The notes below the pieces were generated by a model. It saw nothing but the letters and a program-made list of their open reading frames with translations. It made no database searches and had not been told where the DNA came from. Below are positions 1-14,248 of a stretch of 64,000 nucleotides of DNA, in pieces. Origin of the DNA: the human T2T-CHM13v2.0 reference genome, Homo sapiens. A program made the translations under genes and the position numbers. How positions within the stretch are numbered: the stretch's first letter is position 1; every line of letters starts with the position of its first letter. The DNA lies in the NCBI RefSeq assembly GCF_009914755.1, contig NC_060927.1; one strand, given 5' to 3'.

Positions 1-571
1 AGTGAAAAAAAATGCTTTACCAAACAGTTACAGAGCTTCTTACACAGAATACTACATGTTTTTTTGTATTCATTCAGAGGAATGCTTTTATATCAACTTG
101 GCATGTAAATCATTTTATTTTTAAAGAATCAGTATGGTTACAGCATTCTAACCTCCCACATAGTTCTGCTAAATGTTACAAATATGTTACACACACTCCA
201 ATTTTTAGCCTAAGAACTTATTAACTTTTAATGAGACTATGGATTCTCTCCAGCAAGTAGATTAACCAGGTGAGTTTGATAAAGAAACCTTTTCATATAG
301 ATTATCTTAATCCTTCTAAGAATCCAAAAGAATTAACTATAATAGAGGGATAACCAGAAAAGTCTTTGATTTCTGGATTCTGGACTATACTAGTATTACA
401 AACTGCCTCTCCACTGCCTCTTCTGCTTCTCCTTTTATCCATTCACCACCGAAGAAGAGTCAACTGTTGGTGTTTGGGGAACAAGTTTCGGAAAAAAAAA
501 AATAATTTAGATTGAAAATGAATTCTTGATTCTAGGAAAATTTATAGCACTGGCACTAGTTTGGGGATTGA

Positions 572-1003
<432 letters not shown>

Positions 1004-2492
1004 TCTCCTGTCTTTTTTAATTTCCACTACAAGCACATTTCATCCTAAGTCACACACGAGCACGTCAGGAAATCTCTTGGTTCTGAATTGCAGCATGTGC
1101 ATGAGTCCATTTCCTTCCCTGTTAAGAACACCCCTTCCACTTGTACTCCTCATCCTTGACCAACAAAGTAAAGGACACAACCAACTCCCTTCTCCACAGA
1201 TCATGGCTTGTACTTTTCATGGCTGGGAATTTACCCAAAACAGACACCAAGTACAATAGATGTTACAGATGATTATTCCTGTAAGTACATAAGTGCTCTC
1301 TACACAATCCGGGAAACTTGTTGAAGTCTGGAGACGTTTTCAGAGTATCTGAAAGCCAGATTCCACTTAGCGGTTCTTTGAAGAGGAAAATTCCAGACAT
1401 TTCAAAGGGGCAGATCATTCAGACACCTGGTATTCCTTTTGCAAACCAGCTTCTATCCCCTCAACTCACTCCTTTTAAACACCATCAGAGGGTCATGAGA
1501 ACACTGTTTGAAATGGTGGCTCTTCAGAAAATACCAGGTTCTCCCACTTCAAACACAATCAACATAGTATTACTTCTTCCTGTGGTGTTCCTCCCTACCA
1601 GACATCGATGGAGGCATTCCCGCCTTTCCCATCTTTCTCTAATCTGTCCAAGCAGAGGGAGAGGACTTTTTCCTTCCTAGTCCCCTGAACTAGCTCAAAG
1701 AATATTCCCTGTGAAGAGCACTTCAGGCAAGATTTCATAAGATCTCAGGTCTACTGCTTTATTATACAGTTGTGGGCGAGAAGTGGGAATTGTGGGCAAG
1801 GAAGGCAGAGGTGAATTTAGTGCTTTAAAAAACCAGGGCACACAATGTGAAGTAACTCATTTCCTCTCTTTCCCTGGGGCTTGATGCAGCCTCTTCATAA
1901 CCTTGGTGTCCAGGTACAAGAGGAGAAGGGAGCAGTTTCATCTAGCTCCATGGAGATGGTCACGAAACTCTTTACTCACTTAACTTTCAGCAATTTGGGG
2001 TCTTTAATTACCAGTTCGTGCTCATAGAAAAGGAGAACTCAGCAAGCAGCTGGGAACCAGAGTTCTAAATGCTAAGTCCTTTTCTGCCTAAGGCTTGCTA
2101 GGGCACTTGATGAATTCCTGACCTTGTTTATAAACCTTGTTTCCAGCAAAGTCAAATGAAGCTGCTTAACACTATTGAATATTCTACTATATTAACCACC
2201 TTGGCTTTTAGAGCAACTTTCCACTTACAGCTGGAACTACCATCCTTCAGCCCTGGGAGAGATAACTAAAATCTCTGTAATCCAAGTTGGGAGAACAGAA
2301 GCAAATTGTCAGCCACCTCAGAACACTTCTTCTCAATTCTTCTTAGCCCTTCTCTAAATAACTGAGCACAAGCTCTGTGTCTTTGCAGAAGCCATTCTGG
2401 GATATGTTGGGCCTTCCCCAAAAGCTGTATGATCTTCATGCTATTTGCCACAGAAGGAGCCACTCAGCTTGCTCTTTAAAACAAGTGGGGGT

Positions 2493-2801
2493 GGCTGGGC
2501 GTGGCGGCTCACGCCTGTAACCCCAGCACTTTGGGAGGCCGAGGTCGGTGGATTCCTTGAGGTCAGGAGTTCAAGACCAGCCTGGTCAACATGGTGAAAC
2601 CGTGTCTCTACTAAAAATACAAAAATTAGCTGGGTGTGGTGGCTTATGCCTATAATCCCAGCTACTCAGGACGCTGAGGCAGAAGAATCACTTAAAACTG
2701 GGAGGTAGAGGTTGCAGTGAGCTGAGATTGTACCACTGCTCTCCAGCCTGGGCAACAGAGTGAGACTCTGTATCAAAAAAAAAAAAAAAAAAAAAAAAAA
2801 A
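2493..2801 (+). mobile_element. Alu (AluSx-like), full length
   Basis: ggctgggcgtggcggctcacgcctgtaa to a 27-nt A tail; TSD gtgggggt at 2485-2492 and 2803-2810. Confidence 0.96.
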
Positions 2802-2811
2802 GGTGGGGGTG

Positions 2812-3573
2812 TCACCATCATTAGTCATCAGAGAAATGCAAATCAAAACCACGATGAGGTCCCACCTCACACTTACTAGGATGGGTATAATACAAAAGAC
2901 AATAACAAGTATTGGTTCAGACAGCTGGTGTTCCTTTTGCAAACCAGCAAAAGGGGATGTGGAGAAACTGGAACTCTCATACACAGTGGTGGGAATGCAA
3001 AATGGTACAGTCACTATGGAAAACAGTCTGGCAGTTCCTCAGAGGTTAAACATATAGTTACTATGTGACCCAGCAGTTCTACTCCTAGGTATATACCCAA
3101 GAGAAATGAAAACATGTCCACACAAAAACTTGTACACAAATGTTCTAGCAGTGTTATTCATAATAGCCGAAAGATGAAAAGAGCTCAACTGTCCATCAAC
3201 TGATAAATTGATAAATAAAATGTGGTATAGCCATATAAGGGGAAATCATCGACCAAAAAAGAAGGAAGGAGTGATACATGTTACAACATGAATAAACCTT
3301 GAAAACAAAGGTTTTCAAACAAAGTGAAAGAAGCCAGCCACAAAAGTACATGAAATGTCCAGAATAAGCAAATCCATAGAGATATAAAGTAGTTAATGAT
3401 TGCCAGAGGCTGGGGATAGAGGAATAGGGAATTTGACTGCTATCAGGTACACGGTTTCTTTTTGGAGTGATCAAATTGTTCTGGAAGTGGGTATTGGTGA
3501 TAGTTGCACAAACAACTATACTAAAAACCACTGAATTATATTGTTGGCACACAAATCATATCTCAATAAAGCT
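2812..3573 (+). mobile_element. L1 3' fragment (L1MB/ME-type, ORF2 end and 3'UTR)
   Basis: gaaatgcaaatcaaaaccac, ggtatatacccaagagaaatgaaaac, terminal tctcaataaagct. Confidence 0.9.
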
Positions 3574-3790
3574 GAAGGAAGGAAGGAAAAAGAGAGAAGG
3601 AAGGAAGGAAAGAAAGGAGAAGAAAGAAAGAAAGAGGAAGAAAGAAGGAAAATAGAGAAAAGAGGAGAGAAGAGGTGAGGAGGGGAGGGGCAAGGAGAGG
3701 AGAGGAAGGGAAGGAAGGGAAGGAAGGAGGGAGAAAAAGAAAGAAGGAAAGTATGGAGGGAGCGAGAAAGAAAGACAAAGAGTAGGGAGT
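3574..3790 (+). repeat. GA-rich low-complexity polypurine tract
   Basis: GGAA, GAAA and GAGG units directly after the L1 polyA signal. Confidence 0.9.
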
Positions 3791-4484
3791 AAACTGATTG
3801 GGGTAAACACTGAGCTATTTAATCTTGCCTCTCAATGTCTCTTTCCCCCAGCAAACCCCTCCCAAGAGTCATGAAGGGGAAAGGCCCTCCTTCTAGTGTT
3901 GGCCAAATTTGCCCCCAGGAACGAAGCCTTCATTTTCAGCCTCTTTGTAATTCATGAGGCTAACCTCACCCATATCTGCTTGCCATGAACTCCTGCCCCA
4001 ACACAGCTGCTTGGCCACCCTGATGAAGAAGGCATCCTTCAGAGACCTGTCCTGGGTCCTCTGCTGCCCTAAGAACTGGCTGTTGGGATGACACTGACAG
4101 AGCCCTGTCAAAGTTTGCTGATCATCTCCAGACCATCAGAGCTCCCCACTGCTGTATAATTGAGAAGGGCCTGGCCTTCCACCTGGGAAGGTAACCAGAG
4201 CCCCGTTGAAACTCACCTGGTGCTGTCTCTGCTTCAGGTAGAAGAGTGAACTGGCCCCTGGACTTGTGCTTCCTTTACTGACCTGACCTGTGTTTGGCTT
4301 TCCCATCATCCCTCCCTATTGGTGTTTTGCTATAGTCATCATGTTTACACAACCCCATCCTTCCGTGAGTGTGCTGGGAAAAGCTATCTCAGCAACATAT
4401 ACCCAGCATCTCCTGTTCTCTCCTACTCACTCCAAGTAAATTCAGGATGGCTCCTGCTTAAACTTTAAAAGAGTTGCTCCTGTG

Positions 4485-4805
4485 AGCCAGGTGCTTAATA
4501 TATGTAACTCCACTTAATCTTCACAACAGCTCTGTAAAAAGAAGATACAATTATCCCCATCTTTCAAGATGAGGAAACAGATTCAAAGAAGGTAAGCAAC
4601 TTAATCAAGGTCATGTGGATTCAAATACAGAACTGTCAAGGTTCACTGCCTGAAATAATAAGTTCTTCCCTTCACTGAGCATCTATCATATGTCAGGCAG
4701 TGTTCTAGACAACAATATTATTTCATTGACTCTCACAACAATTCCATGAGTTAGGACTTAGCATCCCATATAATGGATGGGAAAACTGAGGTTCAGAATG
4801 ATTAA
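4485..4805 (-). mobile_element. Two MIR fragments
   Basis: atccccatctttcaagatgaggaaacag and gatgggaaaactgaggttcag match the MIR core in antisense. Confidence 0.75.
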
Positions 4806-4814
4806 AAATAGACA

Positions 4815-4932
4815 TGCTAATCACTATAATTTGATCATTACACATTGTATACATGGATTGAAATATCACTTTCTGGCCCATAAATATGTAAAATTACGTG
4901 TTAACTGAAAAGGAAACAAAAAAGAATAAATA
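4815..4932 (+). mobile_element. L1MA-type extreme 3' end fragment
   Basis: tttgatcattacacattgtatacatg...aaatatcac...cccataaatatgta followed by an A-rich tail. Confidence 0.7.
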
Positions 4933-5269
4933 AGTAACTCTTTTGAGATAATATGTATTTGTCACTCACTGAATGCCTTGGGAGTTTGCGAAGATGTTTG
5001 CTTTTCCTGATAAATGTGAAAGATGCAACTGGTACATCTTTCATCTTCCTCTTTACCTGAATTTGGATGTGATGATTGAAACTTGAACAACTATCTTGGA
5101 ATCATGAGAGAAAAGCCAAAAGAAAATTCAGTGAAATATTTTCCCAAACATTATTAGCCTGATAAACAACAACCCACCTTCAGATCTCTTGTTATATAAG
5201 AAAACTGAACCTCTGTTTATTTTTATTATTTTTCAAGGCCACACAAATAGTACGTGACTGTGATCTATT

Positions 5270-5700
5270 TATAGTTTTCCCTCATTCTTCTCTTAGTAAC
5301 TGAATTTTCCAAATTATAGCTTAGCACATGCCTACCCAGCAAATGGTCACATTTTTCAGATCTCCTTGCAGCTTTGTGGGACAGGTGACTGTATTTTGGT
5401 TAATGGAATGTGAACAGAAGGAAAGGATGTGATTAACTTCCAGGTCATGCCCTCCAGTTCCTGTTTCCTTCTTCCCACTAGTGTTGAAAGTAAACCACCT
5501 GGTCCAATCACATGGACCAGAACCACACTTTAGGGGTGGCAGACCAACAAGATAGAAGGAATTTGGATTTCTGAATGACCTCAGTGGTAGAGCTGCCCTC
5601 CATTCTAGAATCACTATCAACTTGGACTTCTATGTGGGGGAGTATTTCTTTTATCTCATTTAAGCAACTATGTTTTGGTCTGTCTTAAGACCCTATTATC
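5270..5700 (+). mobile_element. ERVL LTR relic (LTR33-like)
   Basis: cacatttttcagatctccttgcagct...gtgactgtattttggttaatggaatgtgaacagaag resembles LTR33/LTR16 motifs. Confidence 0.5.
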
Positions 5701-5788
5701 TTAAGCAATACTGTGGCCAACTAATTTTCAAACAGGTCTGTCTAACTCCAAATCTGAGTAATTTCTACTACAATTCTCAATACCTAAA

Positions 5789-6460
5789 CTGGGAATTGCA
5801 AACTCAAATGCCTACAGAAGCTAGGTAGATAAATTAGTGAAGAAGTCTGAGTAGGAGCTATGGTGAGCTGGAGAATACATATGTGGTTGCTACGTGCTTA
5901 ACAAACTCTGTTTCCTTTTCTTCCTGCTAGACTATATTTCCCAGGTTTCCTTATAATTAGTTAGGGCCATGTGACTGAATTCTGGCCAATGGAATGTATA
6001 TAGTAGGAATGAGTGCTCAATCCAGGCCTGGTCCATGAAAAATCTCCCACTCAGTTATTCACTCTTTCTTTTCCCCCTGCTGAAGTGAAAAAGATACCAC
6101 AGGAGATCTTGAGAGCAATGCAACAAATACAGCAAAGCCACAGATTAGAAGTCTAGGTTCCTGGGTCATCACTCAAAGAAAAGCTACCTAAATTACATTG
6201 ACACATGGATTTTCATATGAATAAAAAACAATGTATTCCTCTGATGATTTATTACAGGTTTGGGTCTCTTGTTAGGACAGGATAGGATAGCCTACCTGGA
6301 CCAATACACAAAGGAAGCCCCTATAGAAACGCAGGCCCAATATTGCCAGGTCTTTTGATTTATATTTTTAGGAGAAGACAGAAATTTTTAATATTATGAG
6401 GAAGCTGTTCATTCAGTGTTAGCCAATACTGTGAAGGTCAAACAAAACACAACTATATTC
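5789..6460 (+). mobile_element. MER102-like hAT-Charlie element, interrupted by an LTR
   Basis: ttgcaaactcaaatgcctacag at the start; gcaggcccaatattgccagg...ggtcaaacaaaacac after the LTR. Confidence 0.65.
5882..6308 (+). mobile_element. LTR16-family ERVL solo LTR
   Basis: Starts TG, ends ataca; ctagactatatttcccag...ggccatgtgactgaattctggccaatggaatg. Confidence 0.65.
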
Positions 6461-6849
6461 CAGATTATATTCCAGCTTCAATATTACCCTGACCCTGAGA
6501 CTTTAATCAGCCTCCCTTACTGATCCCAGTTTCAACTGGTACAGATTCAACTGCCCCTGAGAATCCAATTAAGGTTCCCAAGTCTTTCTTCCATTAGGTC
6601 ATGCAGGTTTATTAAACTTTAAGCCAATGGCCATTGGAGTATAACTGTGAAAAGTAGAAACTATCTACTGTCTATAGCTCTTCTCTCATTTGATAAAAGT
6701 AGCCTTGCCAAGCAATTGCCTAGAGCTCCAGTGTTGCTTTTTCATTCATATATTCTTAAAATTAGAGCTACTAATCCTACATATCCAACTACATTCACCA
6801 AAATGAAACTATTTACAAACATTTCTCTAGTTAGCCATCTATCAAATTC

Positions 6850-7110
6850 TTTCCACTTATCAAGGCCCAACTCAAGGTTATCTCCTACATGGGGTATTTT
6901 CCATAGAGGTCTTTGCCTCTTCCTAGGTGAAACTGACTCATCTCTCTGCTATGCACCCCTGTGGGGCTCCCTCACCCTAAGTAAGGAGCATGTTCCCCTT
7001 GTAAGGTGTGAGGTCTTGAACAGAGACCAGAATAATATTATCTTTATATTGTCAGTTCCTGATCATAATAAGCGCCCGATACTAGGGCTCACTATATGTA
7101 TTAGATGTTT
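6850..7110 (+). mobile_element. L2 3' fragment
   Basis: tgtgaggtcttgaacagagacc...cccgatactagggctcactatatgtattag resembles the L2 3' end. Confidence 0.5.
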
Positions 7111-7348
7111 TGTTGTTGATGTTGTTATGTTATTTTGTTGTTGTTTTGTTTTGTTTCATTTCAGGTTCACTTTATTCAATGGTTCATCATAACTGTGCCC
7201 TGCACTGGGTGGAAAGAGGTTGGTAGGGAGAGTTGGAACCAAGAGCAATGTCTACAATAATTGAATTTAGAGAGGTCAAATACCTTAGCCATTTAGGAAG
7301 ACAGAATTTGGAAGCAGACTGAGTTTTCATCCCATTTACTAGCCATAA

Positions 7349-7663
<315 letters not shown>

Positions 7664-7740
7664 AAACTTCAGTCTTGTTACTTAACCTTTCTGCCCTCAG
7701 TTTCCTCAACTTTTAAATGGGGACAACAATAATAGTACAA

Positions 7741-8108
7741 TTATATTCATTTACAAGAGCTGCTGTAACAAAGTATCATAAACTAGATGACTTCACAGAA
7801 GTTTATCTCACAGTTCTGGAGGCTAGAAATCTGAATTAAGGTGTAGGCAGGTTTGGTTCCTTCTGGGGGCTGTGAAGGAAGAATCTGTTCTAGGCCTTTC
7901 TCCTTCGCTTATAGATGGCATCTTCTCTCAGTGTCTCTTCTGGTCATCTTCCATCTACATGTGCCTGATCTACCCTAGTGACCTCATTTTAACTTGATTA
8001 CTCTTGTAGAAGCTCTATGTCCAGATAGGTCATATTCTGAGGTATTGAGGGGTTAGGACTCCAGCATATCTTTTTGTGTGTTGGGGGGACATAATTCAAT
8101 CCATAATG
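7741..8108 (-). mobile_element. MLT1 (B/C-like) MaLR solo LTR
   Basis: gctgctgtaacaaagtatcataaact...tcacagttctggaggctagaa...ggggacataattcaatccataa. Confidence 0.85.
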
Positions 8109-9701
8109 ACCATATTATCTAATCAGGTTGCTGTGAGGATTAAATAAATTAATACAAGTAAAGCATTTAAAAGACTGTCTGGCACACTGCAAGCACACAA
8201 AAACATTAGCTGGTGTTATTATGTTTCTGAAACTCTTGTTACACCAAGATGTTAAGATATCACCCTTAAGAATAAGCCAATAAAAATTATGCTGTTTGAG
8301 TATATTCGTGTGTTTTGGGGGAGTGGCTGGAGAGTGGGAGGTTTGCAACCCTTGCTCTCAGAATACAGAAAAACAAAAGAAGCCACAGTTCCTGACACTG
8401 ACAGTATATATTTTTAAAAAGGTATGACAAGACATAACAAGTCATTGCACTCATGATAAGCTTGAAAGTGACTCAATTTGACAGGTATGTCGTATATTGA
8501 GAGGCATATCACAGTTAGTATTTGTCCTTTGATTTATTGTTAGGTATTGTTAATTCACTTTTAGCAGTAATCATTAAGTCAGTTATACAATATAAGATTG
8601 TAGTTTGATTTTGCGATTATTAAATTTGACCTCCCCTAAAGTTAGGGGTTGGTTTCAAAGTCTTCTTAGATACTCCAGGCTTAGAATTTTAAAATAAGTC
8701 TCTTAGGTCAGTTGGTCGTTGTGTGACTCAAACATACTAAAATATAGCCCAACAAGCTGTTCAAGGCACAAGATTTCTAAACACTGGCATTTCTCAATAA
8801 TGCCCATGGATGCAAATTCCTGAATTATAGGGATTCCCAAAAAAGAATGGACTCTTTCTAATGGATAACATTTATCCTCCTTTTAACAAAGAGAGAATAC
8901 AAAAGTCAGTTTTGTATTCCAATGTTTTGCTCTCATTCTCTTGAGAGTACATCAAAATTTTACTTTCAGTCCATCTTCCAGATCATTCATTAATGCAATT
9001 CTGTGGTGATGTGGTTTTTACATTCCGTTCAATCCTGACAGCATTTTAAACTCTGGCCTCTGAGTAAAAATCTCAGTACAGGTCCCATTGCATTTGTTGA
9101 TTTTACAAATGAATAGATCCTCAGTAGGGAGAAGCCAGCCTTCTCTCAAAAGCCCTCTTCAAAGCAGAGGCTGCCTGGGTGGTATGGGTGATCTGAATAT
9201 TGCCTGTTTAAACGGGCAGTCAGTGATGCACATACCATCCAACCACATGTGTAACTTATTTCTGAATTATTATACCAGGGCAGAAACCTACCTCATGAGT
9301 TTCCACCACAGTAGTACTGAAAGTTCAGCTGTCCAATTTCAATTATATTCCATCTGCAAATCCAGACTATATCCAAAGTCATGATTCCACCATTTGTCAG
9401 CATTGAGAAGGGCAGAAGAGTATATACCTGAGGCCTCTTCTCTCTGCTCCCACCTCCTTCTGTATATCCTCCCCACCAATATTTTTACCCACTCTCCTTC
9501 CCCTTTCTCTATCACATTCTTGGCCCTCTCCATTGAAGGAGTTTAGTCTTTTCATCTCAGGTATAGTCATTAGCTCTAGAGTTAAAATTTATTTTTTTAC
9601 TTACTTTTTTTTTTTTTTGCTACTTTCAACATAGTAAATGGAGATTCAGAAGAAAGCTTCATACATACACTTTAAAAATAAATTATTTTCTTATTACATA
9701 A

Positions 9702-10038
<337 letters not shown>

Positions 10039-10719
10039 AGATATATATTTTTTTAAAGGAAAGATAACACCCCATATCCTGAAACCCAGAAATAAGCATG
10101 GCTACTATTTTGGTGCATAGTTTATCAATTTGCATATACTTTTAAAACTCTGAACAACCATGCAATTAGATCACCCAACTAGTATATCTGGAGGAAAGCA
10201 GATGCTGAAAGGGTCAATTACCAGATTAATGACCTTTCTCCCCTGCCCTCCCACTGCATCTACATCCCAGGACTGCTCTGAGAGGACATCAGTTTCTAAA
10301 CACTTGCGAGAGTTTCTGTCCCAGCTACTAAGTATTCTCATCTGGCTCTGGTCATACATTACCCAGTATTGGTCCCTTGGCTTCAGATCATCAACTGACA
10401 TGCGAGATATAAATATACAATAAAAAAGAAAAGAACTCCCGAATTTTTGAGAGAAGAAAAACAAATTTCTCTAAAGCAAATTCAATGCAGCAGTTGGTCT
10501 AGTTAAGTGAGAAAGTACATATTCTGAACATGTGAACTCCATATTTTGAAAACTCAACTTACACTGAAGAAAGTTGCATTCTACCAAAAGGAAAAATAAT
10601 CTCTTAGTAGATTTTTTAAATACCAACCCTTGAGGAATGTATGTCCATGGACATGTCCACACTCATTACCCATGCAAGATATACACAAACTTGCACATTT
10701 TAAGAATACATACTAAAAA

Positions 10720-12330
10720 ATAATATTTTAACTATAAGAATTATCTCTGACAGAATTTAAAAATATTAAGATTATAATTCAAGAACTGGATACTATAAAA
10801 AAGGATTGACCCAAAATAAGAAAGACCTCTTAGAAATTAAAAGTATAGTGATTTAAGCAAAGTTTTAATAAACTGATTAAAAGATAAAATCAAGGAAATC
10901 TCCAAGAAAGTAGAAAATACAAGTAGTTTAAAAATGTGAAAAAAAGCCTAAATTGTAATGTACAAATCCAGGAGGCTAATGTCCAGTGAGTAGAAGCTCC
11001 AAAAAAAACAAACACAATGAGAGAATACAAACAAATTTTTAAAAGGGAATTTATCAGAGCTGAAAGACCTGAGTCTTTAGACTGAAGAAAAAAAGGAGGA
11101 AGAAAATACTAGAATACTACACAAAATGAATGAAAAATGACCCATATTCAGTCACAGAATGGTGAAATTTAAGAATATCAAAGATTTTTTAATCCAAAAA
11201 ACATTCAAAGCAAAAAAAAAATTGCCTTTTTTTCCCAAAAAATCAGATTGTCATCTAACTTTTCAGCAATACTGAATTCTAGAAGACAATGAAACATTGC
11301 CTTCAAAGTTCTGAGGAAAAATGATTTTAAATGAAAAAGTCAACATTCAATCAAATTATCAGTATAATTGGAGAGTAGAATAAAGTTATTCTAAGTCATG
11401 GAAGGACTTAGTAAGTTTACCTCCCATATACCTTTCTTATAGAAGTGATTCAAGGATGTGTTCCAATAAAACAAGAGAGTAAACCAAAAAAGAGAAAAAT
11501 AGGGAGTTAAAGAAACAAGCCAAATGAGAGAAAAATGGAAGGAAGACATGGCTTAATTGTCTCTTCCATTTTAGCTTTTCAATAAATCTAGAGAAGAAAA
11601 GTCCAGCTTGGAGCTGGCGGGACAAGGGTTTTAAAAGGCAGGTATCTGGAAAAAAAAATGTATATGAGCTGAAGTAATCCACAGATTTGGTGCTATCTTT
11701 AAGAAATTGAAATATCAAGTTGTAAAAAAAATCACAGTAATGCAAAAGATGGGGATGGAGAGGAGGAAATAATTAGAAATTCCAAGAAAATCACAAAGCT
11801 ATGAAAAAAAGATATAAAATCATAGTATCTTATGCAGCTAAGAAGTGAACAATCTTTACATAGTCATAATGTAATCACTGCTGATCAATTTTCAACTCTT
11901 AGAATCAACCCACGGGGTTAGCCTAAAAAGGAAGACTTAGGGGTAGTTGCAGAATGAGGTTCATGTTTTTTGTTTTCTTTTTTCTTGAAAACATAAGTTA
12001 AAATTAAGCATTTGGTTGAGATTAGGAGGAATCAAGAAATGAAGGAAAGGGTAAGGGCTTTCATACTTTCACCTCACAAATCAAAGAATTAAGAGGTATT
12101 GTCAAATGGTTGATGGAATTAGAAGTAAGGATGTGAGTGTATTTTTTGTAGTTACACAGGTAACGGTTAATAGCAGAAAAAATCTAAAACTAGTGGCAAT
12201 TTATGGGGAAGTGGAGGAAAGAAAGGCCAGATTTGGAAGATGAAAGATAAGTGAGTTAAATCCATAGCCAACATTATAGAAATCAGCAGATAATGTCTAA
12301 ACTTGTTGACTAAAGAAACAGGAAAGTAAT
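10720..12330 (+). mobile_element. HAL1 / old L1 ORF1-like relic
   Basis: A-rich; tagaagacaatgaaacattgccttcaaagttctgaggaaaaatgatttt and gagtaaaccaaaaaagagaaa resemble HAL1 as I recall it. Confidence 0.6.
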
Positions 12331-12334
12331 AATG

Positions 12335-13165
12335 TATTGAAGAGTTTATAACAAGTAAAAGCAAAATGTATGACAATCATAGCACAAAGGCTGGGAGGGA
12401 AAAAATAGGCATACTGGGGGTTCATACACTACACATGAAGTGGTATTGGATCACTCAAAGGGAGACTACGATTAGCTAAAGAGGTATGTGATAATTCCAC
12501 TTCCAGTCGAATGGAGTAAGAAGGATTAGATTTACCGTCCTGCCTGAAACAACTAAAATACCAGATAAAATATATGAAACAACGGCGCTCAGGACTTTGG
12601 ACGCCCCATGATGAAGAACAATGATCTCTGAGAAAGGAAAGAGAAAAGAAAATGTAAATCTATACAAACATTTGTGTAAAAATGTTCATCGCAACTTTAT
12701 TTGTGATAGCCCCATACTGGAAACAACCCAAATGTCCACCAAAAGATGAATGAATAAACAAATCATGCTGTATCTATACAATGAGATATATTAGTAACAA
12801 AAAAGAATGAATTAGGTACATGCAACTACATGGTTGAATCTCAGATTAATTATGCTGAGCGAAAGAAGCCAGAAAAACAATACCACATACTATAAGATTC
12901 CATTTATTTAAAATTGAAAAATGAAAACTAACTTATAGTGACAGAAAACAGATCAGAGAGTATGGAGAGAGGTGGTGGGGGTATTAAAAGGAGCATGAGG
13001 AAACTTTCAGGGATGATGAATATGCTCACCCCTGAAAAGTTTCCCCTTGCCCTTTTTAATAGCTTGATTGTGGCATATATAAATGTCAAAATTCATCAGA
13101 CTGCTCACATTAAAAATAAACAGTTTATTTTGTGTCCATTATACTTCAATGGTTAAAAAAGAAAA
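12335..13165 (+). mobile_element. Composite old L1 (L1MC/MD/ME) fragments
   Basis: aaatgtatgacaatcatagcacaaagg (inter-ORF-like), acttccagtcgaatggagtaa (5'-start-like), then ctggaaacaacccaaatgtcc...tatacttcaat (3' end). Confidence 0.7.
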
Positions 13166-13444
13166 GAAAGACATGGCATAAACATATTATGGAAAAAGAT
13201 AACAAATATATTACATATATTTATGTGTATATAACAAATATCTAAAATATATATCAAATAAATAATAAGCATGGCATAAACTTATTTTAGGAGTATGGAA
13301 CTAACTGTCAAAGAGCTATAAGAGAAACTGTTTAAAGTGTTTCCTCATGTGAGGAAATGCAGGGCAGGAGAGAATAAGGGGAGGAACTGTGGCTTCTTCG
13401 TATATGCCCTTCTGGATTTGCTCATTTTTAACAGTGAGTACGTA

Positions 13445-14248
<804 letters not shown>

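Noticed and set aside
2803-3057. ORF with L1 ORF2 C-terminal similarity ([11 protein letters not shown])
   Set aside because: It is a decayed L1 fragment, not an intact gene.
6647-7192. Longest ORF (181 aa)
   Set aside because: It starts at GTG, runs through a degraded L2 and a TTG-rich tract, and resembles no protein I know.
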